The notes beneath the pieces were generated by a model. That model had not been told where the DNA came from, searched no databases, and was given only the letters and a program-made list of their open reading frames with translations. The position numbers were made by a program, and so were the translations under genes. Of a stretch of 64,000 bases of DNA, positions 51,776 through 64,000 are shown piece by piece (position 1 is the stretch's first letter; the number at the start of each line of letters is the position of its first letter). Origin of the DNA: Podarcis cretensis (lineage: Eukaryota); assembly GCA_951804945.1 (NCBI GenBank), contig OX638149.1:59830001-59894000 (forward strand), given 5' to 3'.

Positions 51776-53374
51776 CACAGTCAAATGCTTAATTTATATT
51801 GCATTGTACTTGTAAAGCCTCTTACCTAATGTCAGTGATGATTGGTGCCCATTGGGAATGATAGGGCAGAAGGCCAGGTGACCAACAGTAGATAGAGCCA
51901 GAGCCAGTGATTGGCAGAGCCATCCCCTAACTGGTTAAAAGTTGAACGTCAAACAGGTGTGAGTGGCTGAGAGCAGAATGAGGTTGATGGGCAATGCCCA
52001 TTAACCCCAATGGACCAACCTCCACTGCCTAGTATGGTGGCATGAACTATTGGCACGAACGATTAAGTTATTGTTCAGGTTGCTGAAAGTTTCAGTTCAA
52101 TTTCCGTGAGGGAAAGGGAGGGTGTCAGTTTGGTTGGGAGTAAGAAGTTGCACGGGGGCAGACTTAGGACTGAAAATAGGTCCTGGGTTGTAGAGAAGTT
52201 AATGGACAGAAAATTTAGAGGCAAGGAATCCGAAGGAAGGCTCTGAGGAGGACAATCTTGAAAGTAAAGTAAGCGGAGAATGAGGTAAGGTGCAAAGATG
52301 ACAGAACTGTGGCAAAAGTGGTCTCTGAAGAAACTTCACATAGCTTATGTCACTCCTGACATATGCTATAGAAGGAGAGCTAGGTAGGCTAGTTAAGAAA
52401 AATGTAGGGTAACAAAGTAGCTGTTAGGTCTATAACAGCCTTCATCAAACTGGTGCTTTCCATATGTTTTGGACTACAACTCCCATGAGCCCCAGCCAGC
52501 ATGGGCAGGTTGGCAAAGACTTATCTAGAATCTAGATACACCGAGAAAATTCTGCCAGTTATTGCTTCTGCCTTTAGTGTAGCGTTGTGAACTGGCAACA
52601 AGTATCAATAAGCAGTGCAGGTGACTGCATTTCACATATTGAGATTTTCTAGGCAGCCATTTCTTCTAGTCTATAATTGTATCGCACATAATTATGATGA
52701 TAGAGAAGCCTCTGGTATTTGTTGACTGAGCTGGTGCAAACTTATGCACTTTCCCAACTGCCAAGGAAACAGTGTTGTCAGAATATTTTCTGAGGCAAGG
52801 AGGACCTCTGAAGAAATTGCATAATGCTTAAGAACTAGGAGGTCTATGGGGGAAGAGAGATGAATGTTGTGGAGAATCTGCACATGCAGCAGATTGGCTA
52901 AAGCAGTGGGACAAAGTAGGCAGTGCATTAAAAAGCAGAGGTCTGAGGAAACGATGGGTGGGGAAGGGATGGGAGTTCAGAAAACAAGAGCCAATGAAAA
53001 CTTCAGATGGGGCCTAGGAACAATAGTGGCAAGACAGAAGTCTGTGTGTCACTTCTGGAGGGCTGGAGACTATGCTGGGTTGAAGACTATCAAAGGGGCA
53101 CAGGTTTGCTAACCTATACTTCAGGTTGTAATGGAACCGCTATACATTTAAGACATACATAGATTGGAATTTGTGTTAGTGGTGGCATCTCCTGACTCCA
53201 CCTCCCCACCTCCCACCAAAGCTGGGGTTGCATGGCTTACCAGGTTACATGTCTGTAGCGTTGGCTTCCAGGTTCCCCTCCCAGAGAAGTGGTCACAACC
53301 AGCTTCCACGAAAATCTCGCCAGAACTCAGAAGCCTACACTGCAGTTGCTTCTTCTGTGAGATGTTCTGGGTTC

Positions 53375-54205
53375 CAAGCACTCTTGGAGGAAACTGATTT
53401 TCTAGATCCATTTCAGTCAGCATTTAGGCCCAGCTTTGGCACAGAAACTACATTATGATCTCTGTCAGGAAAGAAATGTGTTCCGGTCAATTATCAACTT
53501 CTCAGTGGCTTTTAATACTATAAACCATGGTATCCTTCTGGTGTGGTTGTTTGAATTAGGGGTGTGTGGCACCGCTTTGTGGTGGTTCTGGTCTTACTTG
53601 GATGGTCATTTCCAAAGGGAGATGCCGAGGTTTGCTCTTTGGTCCTGTAGAATCTTCAGTGTAGAGTTCCTTGGGGTTCAGTTTTATCCCCTATGCTGTT
53701 TAACATCTACATGAAACCCCTGAGTGAAGATACAGAATTTTGGAGTATGTCATCAGCAATATGCTGGTAACACATAGCTCTACTTCTCCTTTGCATCTGC
53801 AGGTGTGGCAGTGGATGTGCTGGACTGATGTCTTGCCTCAGTTATGGACTGGATGAGAGCCAATAAATCGAGGCTCAATCCAGATAAGACAGAGGCACTG
53901 TTAGTGGATAGTCCCTGGATCGGATGAATGGGAGATTTCCTGCTTTTGATGGGGTTACACTCCCTCTGAAAGAGTGGTCTCAGGTGGTCTCAGTGGCGTG
54001 GAGTGCCTTCCATCAGCTTCAGCTTGAGGCCCAGCTACACCCCTATCTGGACAGGGATGGCCTAACGTCTGTTGTATATGCTCTGGTAACCGCTAGGTTA
54101 GATTACTGCAACGCATTATACGTAGGGCTGCCACTAAAGACTGTTTGGAAACTTCAGCAGGTGCAGAATTCGGCATCCAGGTTGCTCGCCAGAGCAAGAC
54201 AGCTT
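53375..54205 (+). mobile_element. Degenerate L2-type LINE reverse-transcriptase fragment
   Basis: LDPFQSAFRP..GTET, FS.AFNTINHGILL, L..LFNIYMKPL, YA..T*LY, LNPDKTE, LVTARLDYCNALY.GLP...LQ.VQN across frameshifts. Confidence 0.88.
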
Positions 54206-54692
54206 GAGCTGCAAAATGACAGCCACTTGAAAGGGGACTGATTGCAGAAGTTGGGGGAATAGACCTTCAACACAAATTCAGGATTTCCTCCCAATGCAAA
54301 CAGCCGCTTCAAATGTATTATTTTGGTCATGACTCCAGCAGGGAAATAATAATTTAATCTCTCACTCTCCCCACCCACCGACTGCTGCAATCTTGATCAT
54401 TATAAGCCCCACACCAGGTGGCTATTATTTGAATTATTTAAAATGCATATTAAAATAAAGATGAACATCATGTACAGTTTGGCTCTACATCCTGTGGTCC
54501 TTAGTTCACTTGCTAAATAGCAAATTCCATTGAATTCATGAGAACTTTCTTATGAGTAAACATACATAGGATCACACTGTACATCTTAAAAAGATGTTTG
54601 GGCAACAGTTTGGCATATAAATGACTCTTGTGTCCATGTAGTTCTTTGTAGCAGGAAAAAAACCACTTTGTATATTGAAGCTTTCTGCTATT

Positions 54693-54970
54693 TAGGGCTG
54701 GGCAATGTCTGATTTTCAACATTGTGATATATCACAAGCTAAACATCACAATATACTGATATATCACAATGTCTGAAACAAGGATGGAGCTATGTAGAGA
54801 CATTGGCTGGCTTCATGGTTTTTCCCATACTGTAATTTTTTCATAGCATGCATGCGCACGGACACATATTGTGATTCACGATACATTGCCAGGTCAAAAA
54901 TTATGAAACTGATATCACTATATGGATTTCAAACTGGTTTTGGGCATGTTGATAATATCGCCCAGTCCTA
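54693..54970. mobile_element. hAT-type MITE
   Basis: TIRs TAGGGCTGGGC / GCCCAGTCCTA; 8-bp TSD ctgctatt/ctgctagt. Confidence 0.75.
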
Positions 54971-56256
54971 CTGCTAGTAAACGTTTGTTTAAAATGTAGT
55001 ACTATATTTAAATCCTATTAAAATGGCTCAAAATAACTTAATAGGAATTCATGCCTACAGACTGCTTTTCCTGGGAAAATTCAGTGATGTGACACAGTAA
55101 TTACATATTGTGAAATAATCTAAGACAACATAATGTGTATTGCAATCAGAGGAATCAAAGGAAGTGAATATTTGCAACAAAATATCACTGTATGCTTATT
55201 CCTAATAGAGCCAGCTTTTCATATATATATATATATATTCCTGACAATATAAAAAGCCATATTAGAAAAGTAAATTTGGTTGGAAAGAATTGTCTCTAGT
55301 CTAATAACCGCTCATTGACAATTTACAGAAAAGGGTATAGTCCGAAGTTGCTAACAGATACTTTATTTCTCACAGCTATGGATGTGGATGTGTTTGATAT
55401 TTCTAGAAGAAACTCTTTCCCCGCTTCTGACAATCAATATTTTAAACAGCTCAATTTAGTATTTTTTTATTTCTGAAAGATTTTTTAAAATCCCTAACTC
55501 CTCTGTGTTTAAAATACACAGCTTTGGTCTGGATGTCATTTAATGTATTTTTTTTATATAAATCATTATTTTGGGTAAATTTTCAGGTCCTTTGTGTTTG
55601 AATTACAAATCAATAACCTTTGACCAATGTTTCCCTCACTGTGATTCTAAAATAATTATCACAAATTCAAAGAAACCATTTAGACATGCTGGGAATTGTA
55701 AGCGCTGGTGATTCATATTTGGCGTTTTTCCTGCAGCACTTCTGTCAAAGAGAGAAGCTACTTTTAAAACTTAACAGATGTTTCCAACTTGGCAGTGGAA
55801 AGTGCAGCATTAAATACTTCCGAGTTATCTTCTTCCTCCCATTCACCTAAATAGCTTCATGGGCAAAGTCTCCTCAGGGTACATTTTAAAGTCTGAGACA
55901 TGTTTTCCTTTGTGCCAGAGAATGTGGTACAAACCAACCCATACCCCATTGTCCTGTTCGTTAGCATGCCATCAAAGGCATGTTGTCACTATAGACATGT
56001 AGTATGGTATGTGATAAGGCCAGAAGCAATGCACAGAAAGGAAGAAATGAGCCTGCATGTGCTGTGCACATTTTGACCCATCTCCTTAGTCTTTTTATTC
56101 TCTGAGATAACAATCTGCTAAGAATGTAAAACAAGGTGTTAGAGATTGAAGGCTTGTCCACAATTCTGCTTGTTCCATGCCTAGAAAGCACAGGTCCCAG
56201 AGGCATAGCTGTCAACCATCCCTTATTTGGCAGGAAAGTCCCTTATCCCAGCAACG

Positions 56257-56414
56257 CAGTGGCATAGCGTGGGGGGTGCAGGGGGGGCCGGCCGCACCGG
56301 GCGCAACATCTGGGGTTAGGGCAAATCCATGGGTTAGGGGGCGCAAATCCACGGGTTAGGGGGCGCAAATTACTTGCCTTGCCCCGAGTGCTGACAACCC
56401 ATGCTACGCCACTG
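56257..56414. mobile_element. hAT-type MITE nested in an older GC-rich repeat (~56203-56800)
   Basis: TIRs CAGTGGCATAGCGTGGG / CCCATGCTACGCCACTG; perfect 8-bp TSD cagcaacg (56249-56256, 56415-56422). Confidence 0.9.
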
Positions 56415-57819
56415 CAGCAACGTGTCCCTCTGCTGTCCCTTATTGATGATGTCCCTTAAATTTCCCGGGTTTCAAAGGAAACAGCTCTTCTCCCTCCCTC
56501 CCTGCTGGCCAGGGAGGAGGGAGGCTCCAACTGTGTTGTTTGGCTGCATTGCTCACCCAATAAGGAGTCTAAGAACGACTGGGGGGTGGAGCTTGCATGC
56601 TTTGTGCCGATCAAATCGGCCGCATTGCCTGGGGACTTGCCTTTGCTCAGCGCTTCCCAGCGGAGAGGTGACAGTGGGTTTCCTTGCTGCATCCCCTTTG
56701 CCGGGTTGCTGCATTGTGGGAACCACCACTTGAGGCTTCGTTTGGCTGCTGGTTGACTAAAATCCCTTATTTTGGCTGCTGATCCCTTATTTTCAAATCT
56801 GTAAATTGAAAGCTATGCCCAGAGGTTTTTCTCTTGCCCTGGAAAAACAAATGGTTTACTACTAAATTGGAACACATGGCAATCTGCTGAAAGCCCAATT
56901 GCCACTTGTTCCAATTCAGCATTAAACCATGGGTTTTCCCAGGGGGAAATGATGGGGAAATTGGAAGTGTGGACAAGCTCTAACAATCAACATTTTAGAA
57001 TCCACAGTAATTTTTAAATTATTTTTTTACCCACTGTAATTTACAGTGATTTCTGCAGAAATTGAATAGTGACCTTAGAAAACCTTTTCTTTAGTTACAA
57101 ATAACATTTTTTCGTATTCTTGCTAATTCTTTACTACCATGTTGGGAAGATTCACTGTTTGATTCCCTTTATCCATACAGAGAGCTATTAATACTAGCCC
57201 ATCCATGCTGCACTTTAAATCACTCCTTCTGCTTCTCTGTATAGGAATTTGACATTTTTGATGTCCCATACATTAGTTGTACTACTACTATGTAGGTTGT
57301 GCCACAAATGAACTTCTGAACTCCCTTTTATGACCACACCAGAGAGGGAAGGGGGAAGCATGCAAACCTGGGGCAGGCAAGACTTGTTTCCGTCCATTGA
57401 CCTGCATAATGCTAAGCCAAACTTTATCTCATTCCAGACAAAGTGTGATCTGTTATCAAAGAATTATATGGTTTACCACACATGGTTTGTCTGGGGGAGA
57501 TAAACTGTGACCAAGGCTGGCCCAAGACATTTTGACACCTGAGGTCTCATTCATCATTTTCTTCCTTTGAACGTGGGAGACTAGCAGTGTTAGTCAGATT
57601 TCAGATTTCCCCAGGTTAAAAAGAGCCTTCAAATGAGCTGGATCTGTAATAGAATCTTGCTTTGACAAATATAAACAGGGGCTGTTCTTCCTTATTTTTA
57701 GCCTTTAAAAAAATTAAAATGCATTATTTTGTATATTAATAAAACAGGATTCATCAGAAATGCCAAAAGTAAGGATGAATAAAAATCTATAGTCCATACA
57801 CATTCATTTACTCTTAGTC

Positions 57820-57991
57820 CCAGAACTCTGCTAGACTGGTAAAGAAAAAGCGATTTATATGTGTTGTATGTGCGATTTAACATTGTGTCACCAGATGGCG
57901 AAGTGGAGTCCCATTTTTCTCTACCTGTTTTCCCTGTTTAAATTTACAACGCTTTAAAGTGAAACGCTTCTTTGATGTGTCTAGAGCCAGC
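57820..57991. repeat. Inverted copy of the 9548-9711 repeat
   Basis: Reverse-complement match; CTCF-like tcaccagatggcg at 57888-57900. Confidence 0.85.
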
Positions 57992-58348
57992 CCTGATCAT
58001 AACATTAAAACAGGCAGGCAGATCTTCAGAGCAATTGATACATATGTGTGTCTTTCATCCTTTAGTTACCTATTGATAAACCCCTCTTGCTTTCCACCCT
58101 GCCTAAGCATAGACCTTAGGGTTACTTGTCAGGAACCAAAGCATGTCAGCAAGACCATCTCCAAGATTTAACTCTCTCTCAAAACGTGTTTTTGAGTGCA
58201 GTATCTGTTCACCAAATTTGATTCACTGGGTGCAAAATGTATTTTCTCTGGATTTTTTGGAGATTTCAGCTCTCTTCTATTTGACTTACTATGTGGGTAT
58301 GCAAATATCTGCCCCACCTCTGGTCTCTTAATATACTGTACATAGGAT

Positions 58349-58713
58349 CAGGGGTGGAGGAAGGGGTGTGTCCTGGGGGCGGGTCACCCCAGGTGTCACC
58401 ACTAAGGGGGGGGACACCGCACTCACCGCGGGGCCTGCAGCACGCCCGAGCCATGCATCTCGTCTGGGAATGACGCGGTGACTTGGGCGCCTGCAGGCTC
58501 TGCGCTGCCCCAAACAGTCCACCCGCCGCCTTCCCCTCAGCTGTAGAGCGGCTAAGTGGGAGGAGGCAGGCAGATTTCTCGGAGGCCCCACAGAGCGTCC
58601 TGCCCTGGCTCACCCCGCCCCGTAGGCGGCTGGCCCTTCCCCTGAGTGCAGGGCACGCATGCCGCCCCAGGCCTCCAATTGGCTTGCTCTGGCAATGCGT
58701 AGGACTACCCCTG
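58349..58713. mobile_element. GC-rich non-autonomous DNA-transposon-like insert
   Basis: CAGGGGT...ACCCCTG termini and an abrupt GC/CpG shift; no TSD found. Confidence 0.5.
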
Positions 58714-59297
58714 GTGAGCCAGGTCACTGTACTAAGAGCATTCAGCTAGTTCAAAACACAATGGTCTGCCTCCTGAAGGTAAAGTTCCCAAGCATCAGAA
58801 CTGAGTTCTTCTAGGATTCTGGCCTATGCTTAGCAAGACTGGTTTCAGCATATAACTTACCTTGGGAACTGCCTCCTCTTCTGTACCCTGCTGTGATCTC
58901 TTAGATGTACTTTCCTTAGTGTCTCATCTGTGCAACAAATTAGAACAATGACACAGAAAAGCATCCTTGGTTGTTTTGTCCAGTTTTGGAACTGTCTTGT
59001 GAGATTTACCACACTTAAACGCCTTCTGCTACCATAATGCTCTTTGGGGCAATGATTCAGTGGCTAGAGTTAATTTTTAGCAGCATATTTGAGATTGTCT
59101 TTGCCTTTTAAAATATTTGTAAAGCTTGGTCATAGTTTTCTGCCACTATTGTTTTCATAAAGTCGTATGGTATCTCTTTGGCATTTATATATATATTTAA
59201 TACGCAATTGTGTCATAAGTTAGCAATGAGCTGATTTGTATTTTTAATACGTGGAGAGTCTGAATATTTCCTGTTCATTTTTATTTGTTTATTTCAG

Positions 59298-59871
59298 GGG
59301 CACAGAAGTCATGAGCACTGTCTCAGGTACTCGAAGTTCAACCATCACTTTTACTGTCCGGCCTGGGACTAGCCAGCCAATCACACTGCAGAGCAGATCC
59401 CCAGACTATGATAGTAGGACACCAGGAGCAAGACATGCTCCAAGCCCAGTGGTTTCACCAACAGAAATAAGTAAGGACATCATGCCAGCTCCTCTGACTG
59501 CTGCTGCTCCAGTTGCATCTCCTTCTCCAACACTTTCTGATGTTTTTAGCCTACCCAGCCAGCCTCCTTCAGGGGACCTCTTCGCTTTGAACACAGGGCG
59601 CAGCAGGTCTCCTTCTCCCTCAATCTTGCAACAGCCAATATCAAATAAGCCTTTTACAACTAAGCCTGTCCACCTGTGGACCAAGCCAGATGTGGCAGAT
59701 TGGTTGGAGAGTTTAAACTTAGGTGAACATAAAGAGACCTTTATGGATAATGAAATAGATGGCACTCACTTACCAAACCTTCAGAAGGAAGACTTGATAG
59801 ACCTTGGAGTGACTAGAGTTGGTCACAGAATGAACATAGAAAGAGCCTTGAAACAGCTACTGGACAGATAA
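59298..59871 (+). CDS. SHANK2: SHANK2 terminal coding exon with SAM domain
   Basis: atttcag| acceptor in phase 2; ...KPVHLWTKPDVADWLESLNLGEHKETFMDNEIDGTHLPNLQKEDLIDLGVTRVGHRMNIERALKQLLDR*, the SHANK2-type C-terminus. Confidence 0.98.
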
Positions 59872-60139
59872 GAATGGCTGCGCTTGCCTCACATACCTTT
59901 GTTATAAATAGAGATGGGCTGGTACTGAAACACCCCAAATGCCTTGGCTCCCCAAGAGTATCCACTAAATTGAAGCATCAGTTGATTGCTATAGTTTTTG
60001 ATATGCAAGAGTGTAGATTGTAAGTTTGGTGCCCGGGAGCAGCCCCAAGTAAATGTACGTTATTAAAGGGACTATATATTTCAAAGAGGAAGGAAGAAAG
60101 GGGAGAGAATAAGGAAAGGGGGGAAATGCTAATTTTTAA

Positions 60140-60181
<42 letters not shown>

Positions 60182-63100
60182 GCTCTGGTCTTACTGAAAT
60201 TATTTCTAAAATTATTACAGTATTTTTATTTATGGGGCATGGGAATAACATTCATCCTTTGGTATTCATGAATTATTTTCCTGCCCTTCAGAAATGCCCT
60301 TCTGCCTGAACAATACTGTGCCAGTTTCTTTTTGGTTTGAAACATATTGGTGTTTCTCCTTTCACAATAAAGTATTATGTCCAGCTCTTTTTGCAATTTC
60401 TGCTCTCCCCACCCCCACCCCCAGTCATTCCACATGCCCATTGCACTCAGTTCCATGGCTCCTGTAGGTCCTCCTGTTTTGATTCTCACTTCTGCCAGTT
60501 AGACACCATACTAACATGCACATTTTTTCATAGCACATTTACTGGTTTAAATTAAAAATCAATACATTCGTGGGGTTGTAGAAGCAGAGATTTCAAAAAA
60601 CAAACAAACAACTTTCTGACATCCTTTTGGCTTGTTTATTACATTCCTTGGTTTATCTCTAATGAATTTAGTTCTTGTCATCCTTTGTAACTAGTCACAC
60701 AGCTTTCATTAATTTTTGCCCTCCCACACAGTTAGATTCAGATCTGAATGAGCTGCTCATGCAAAGAAAAGTATTTTTATGCACCGATTGCTTTTGCTGT
60801 GTCAAAGTGATCACGTGTGGCGAGGGACTCAGTTACTGCTATGATCCAAAGTATAAATAAAAGAACAATATATATTGTTTCTACAGTTCTGCATGTGAAT
60901 GCACAAACCTTTGCACAAGCTATGTTCACAACTGCATAGGGTGGGATTTTCCATCTTTCTGCTCTTGCTAAATCCACGTGGCACAAAGCCTGTTTTTACA
61001 TGCAGAAGTGTATCTTTATGTGTTGGCATTAGTCTTTTATGGCACCAGGAAGAGGAAAACCTAAAAGCGATTGCCTGCAGAAACTGAAACTATAAGCAAG
61101 ATGCAGGTTTTTTTTTCCAGAAACCTGGTGGGCACCTATTATAGATGCAAGGAACAATTTCTAAAAATTCAAGTTAGCTTCAGTTCAGAGGTGCCAGGTT
61201 GCCCACCAGATTGAGGGGTTCTGGCATGCTTTGTACACGTGTGATGTCTTGCGTGGCACACACACACACGTCGTGTCACAGGCAATGCGCACTACGACAT
61301 CATGACACCTGGAGGAGGCCGAGTGCTGTGGAGGAGCCAGCCACTGATGCTGCAAAATGCGACGCACTCAACATTGAGAGGGCCCAACCCCATTCCAACA
61401 AATATTCAGGGTGCCAAAAACACGTCAGCCGCCTAAAGTTGGCACACCTTCAGTTTGACTTGTTTGACTTTGGCTTCAGTTTGACTGAAAATCAAAAATC
61501 CCAAAGTTCACTTCTGCATTGCTGCATGAACTAGAGCAGCATTGCAGGAGAATACATTTGTTCTCACAACTTGGGTTGAGTTTATTTGACATTGAGTTGA
61601 AAACCAATGAAATGGCTATGAATTGGTTGGAATGCATACTTAGAATGATAGTCTTTATTGTGGGATATATATTTAGAGACTTTGTAGCCTATGGAGATTA
61701 GCAGTATTCCCCCAGCTTATTCTCTCTCCCACTGTAAGTAATACACATTATTAATTTTGTGGTTCCCGCCTTCCTGAAGACTTCAGCCTATAACAGAAGG
61801 TTAAATCATAAGTGGTTACTCAGTCATCAAACTACTTAACTTTCAGAAGGCCTCATATTTTTGGAAGGCATCTAAATTATTTCCTTAATACGTCCCAGCC
61901 TATCTCTAATTATATTTTCTCACAACGAAGTGTCTAATTAGGTCTAGAACTAGTACATAAAATTTAGCAATTTCAATATCTTTCTTTACTGCAAGTTTAA
62001 ATAGTTGTACAGATAGTTTATAAGCACAATATTTTAAGAATATAAGTGGCTGGTCTACTGGGCAGCCTTTGTGCCACTTCAATGCTAGAAATTTAAAAAA
62101 AATAAAATAAAACTTTTGTGGTTTACTACTATTTCTGTGGAATAATTATTAAGTCTTGACCTTTTTAAATCAACCTCATTTGGATGCATCTGAACCAGCA
62201 GAGCTGTGTTATATTTTCTATCTTTGCTAGAACTTCTTCAGAAGATGAGTGTTTCTTCAAACATGGTTACAATTAACAATGCAGTGGTTAATTATGAAAA
62301 CTAATATTCATCTCTCTCTTCTCCCCCCCACTTCACTTTCTGCAAAAACTGGTCTTTTGACTTAACATCTGTTGTTGTATCCTTCACAGGTTCCTATTTG
62401 CATTTGAAAGTTCCAAGTAACCTTATAATTAAAATCTAGTTTAAATGCAAAAGTCCTGAAATTTCCATAATTATATGGATTATGTAGAGGATGACATTCA
62501 TATATTCAGTGGCTACGAAAAGCCATCAAATACTTTTTTGTGGTGGTGGGGGTGTAAAAAAGAAAATGATAATTCAGCCATCATTGTCTTCCATTTGGTG
62601 ATATTGCAGAATTCAGTAAATAAACCACGAACGCCATGCTCCTTTTTGCTTCTTTGAATGCAGTTGGTGTTACCTCTACAATATGTGCCAGGAAATACAA
62701 CAGGACACATGGTAGGAAAAGAAAATAGAGAGAATTATTTCTAAGCTGCTGTTAATCATACCCTTTTACTGTTGAATATCTTATGATGGTGTACACCGAA
62801 GTTACAAGTGATGGTAATCCCTTTCTTAAAAGGGGTCTCTTAGATACGTATCTCTTTCAGGCACTTACATAGTAGGTACAATAGAATTAGTAGAAAAGAG
62901 ATTTAAACATCAAAGAGCTAATGAAATAGTTTATTTTTACATTGTGTCTTATGATTGAAAGAGTAATAGGGCCTACAAGGAACTGCTTTTATCAATAAAA
63001 TACACCTTTGCCAAGAGGAAGTAGTCTTTAGTACTGTTTGATGGTTTTATCACAGAAAGCAATAGTAACAGATACAGTTGCCTCCTAGCATTTTTATCAG

Positions 63101-63780
63101 TTTTGAAAATGTTGGGAGCAGGAATGGCCCTTCTAATCTCCTGCTACTATGATGGTGCAAAATAAGGTGTTAGAGATAATCTTGTTAATGATATTCCAGG
63201 TTTTAGGAACAACTTTTGTTTATATACTGTAATTTAAATAAATTGCATTTACATGCCTAGTTTCTGTAATATTTGTGTATACAATACCAAAATCACACAA
63301 GATGTAAATTGTGTATAACTGCACAGACTCTATTCCCTGGGTGTCTGGGAACATTTTAAGTTTTAATTCATATATTATAAAATGACTATATGTGACTGTT
63401 GATTTACAGAATTTACATATCACAAAGGCTAACTATTTGTGGTACCTAAGTTAATAAAAGTGATTTTCTGATTCTGAGTTCCTTTACAAACAAGCATTAC
63501 CCAGTTGATCTGGCAATGACTCTGTGTATGAGCCTCTAATACTGATAATTTTTCCATTACATTTATTTTATTTTCTAGATAGTAATGTTTCTCGCTATAG
63601 TTTGTGTAACAACTTGTGTTCATGTTATCTTTGTTGCTGTAATTTTTGTGCTTTAATTCCTCTTATTTCAAATTGATGACAACAAAATCAAGCTCCTGTA
63701 ACTTGCACTTTCCCTAATCCTTACTACTCTTGTATGGCAACCAAAATTACTGTAAGAAATAAATATAATATTGCACTAAG
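59872..63780 (+). other. SHANK2: SHANK2 long 3'UTR
   Basis: Transposon-poor AT-rich sequence after the stop codon; (TG)n at 60141-60179; end inferred from AATAAA at 63758 and a downstream GU-rich tract. Confidence 0.7.
63758..63763 (+). terminator. Probable distal polyadenylation signal
   Basis: AATAAA preceded by TGTA motifs (63731, 63751) and followed ~20 nt later by gttgtggttct. Confidence 0.6.
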
Positions 63781-64000
63781 GTTGTGGTTCTGATTACAAA
63801 CAGTAAGAACAGTCTGAATCTTTTGTTTTTGAAAAGAGTTGCCAAAACTTGCTGTTTAATATTTCTTTTTAAAAAACTGTTCCAGTTACCTTTAATTTAG
63901 CTCACACAAGATATCTTGGCTACTTATCATTACTGTGGAGTCCAAATCCGAATTTCAGTTGAGAAATGTGTGTTGTAGAAATATGAGAGAACACACGTTT

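Noticed and set aside
56311-56365. TTAGGG hexamers as interstitial telomere
   Set aside because: Only three spaced copies inside a MITE, not tandem telomeric repeats.
1-64000. CRISPR arrays, operons, rRNA genes
   Set aside because: Eukaryotic intron-rich locus; no repeat-spacer array or rRNA-like sequence seen.

Overview
Vertebrate genomic DNA, very likely from a squamate (lacertid-type) lizard because it carries Sauria-type SINEs with (ACCTTT)n tails. The window holds the 3' half of SHANK2 on the + strand. The exons are: end-of-PDZ (4618-4753), 8576-8656, two frame-preserving microexons (9008-9016, 9 nt, VDK; 13379-13399, 21 nt, ASVRKKK), 35711-35841, 40515-40626, the 2.4-kb proline-rich exon 43507-45922 (Homer PPLEF and cortactin KPPVPPKP motifs), and the SAM-domain last exon (59298-59871). 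A ~3.9-kb 3'UTR follows, with a likely poly(A) signal at 63758. All junctions are GT-AG and phase-compatible. The introns contain LTR-like repeats, SINEs, L2 fragments and hAT/Tc1-mariner MITEs. The main discovery is in the 22-kb intron after the ASVRKKK microexon, which holds up to three decayed PIF/Harbinger transposons (transposase plus Myb/SANT-like gene in convergent orientation). In the middle one every coding piece is broken except the last exon of the Myb-like gene. That exon (29591-30447) keeps an intact 285-codon frame, lies on the SHANK2 strand and has a phase-1 acceptor that is in frame with SHANK2. It is a candidate transposon-derived alternative terminal exon that would replace the proline-rich and SAM regions with a coiled coil and a basic tail. 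This is an inference from sequence alone and needs RNA-seq and comparative tests. All family assignments are from recalled consensus motifs; no database searches were run.
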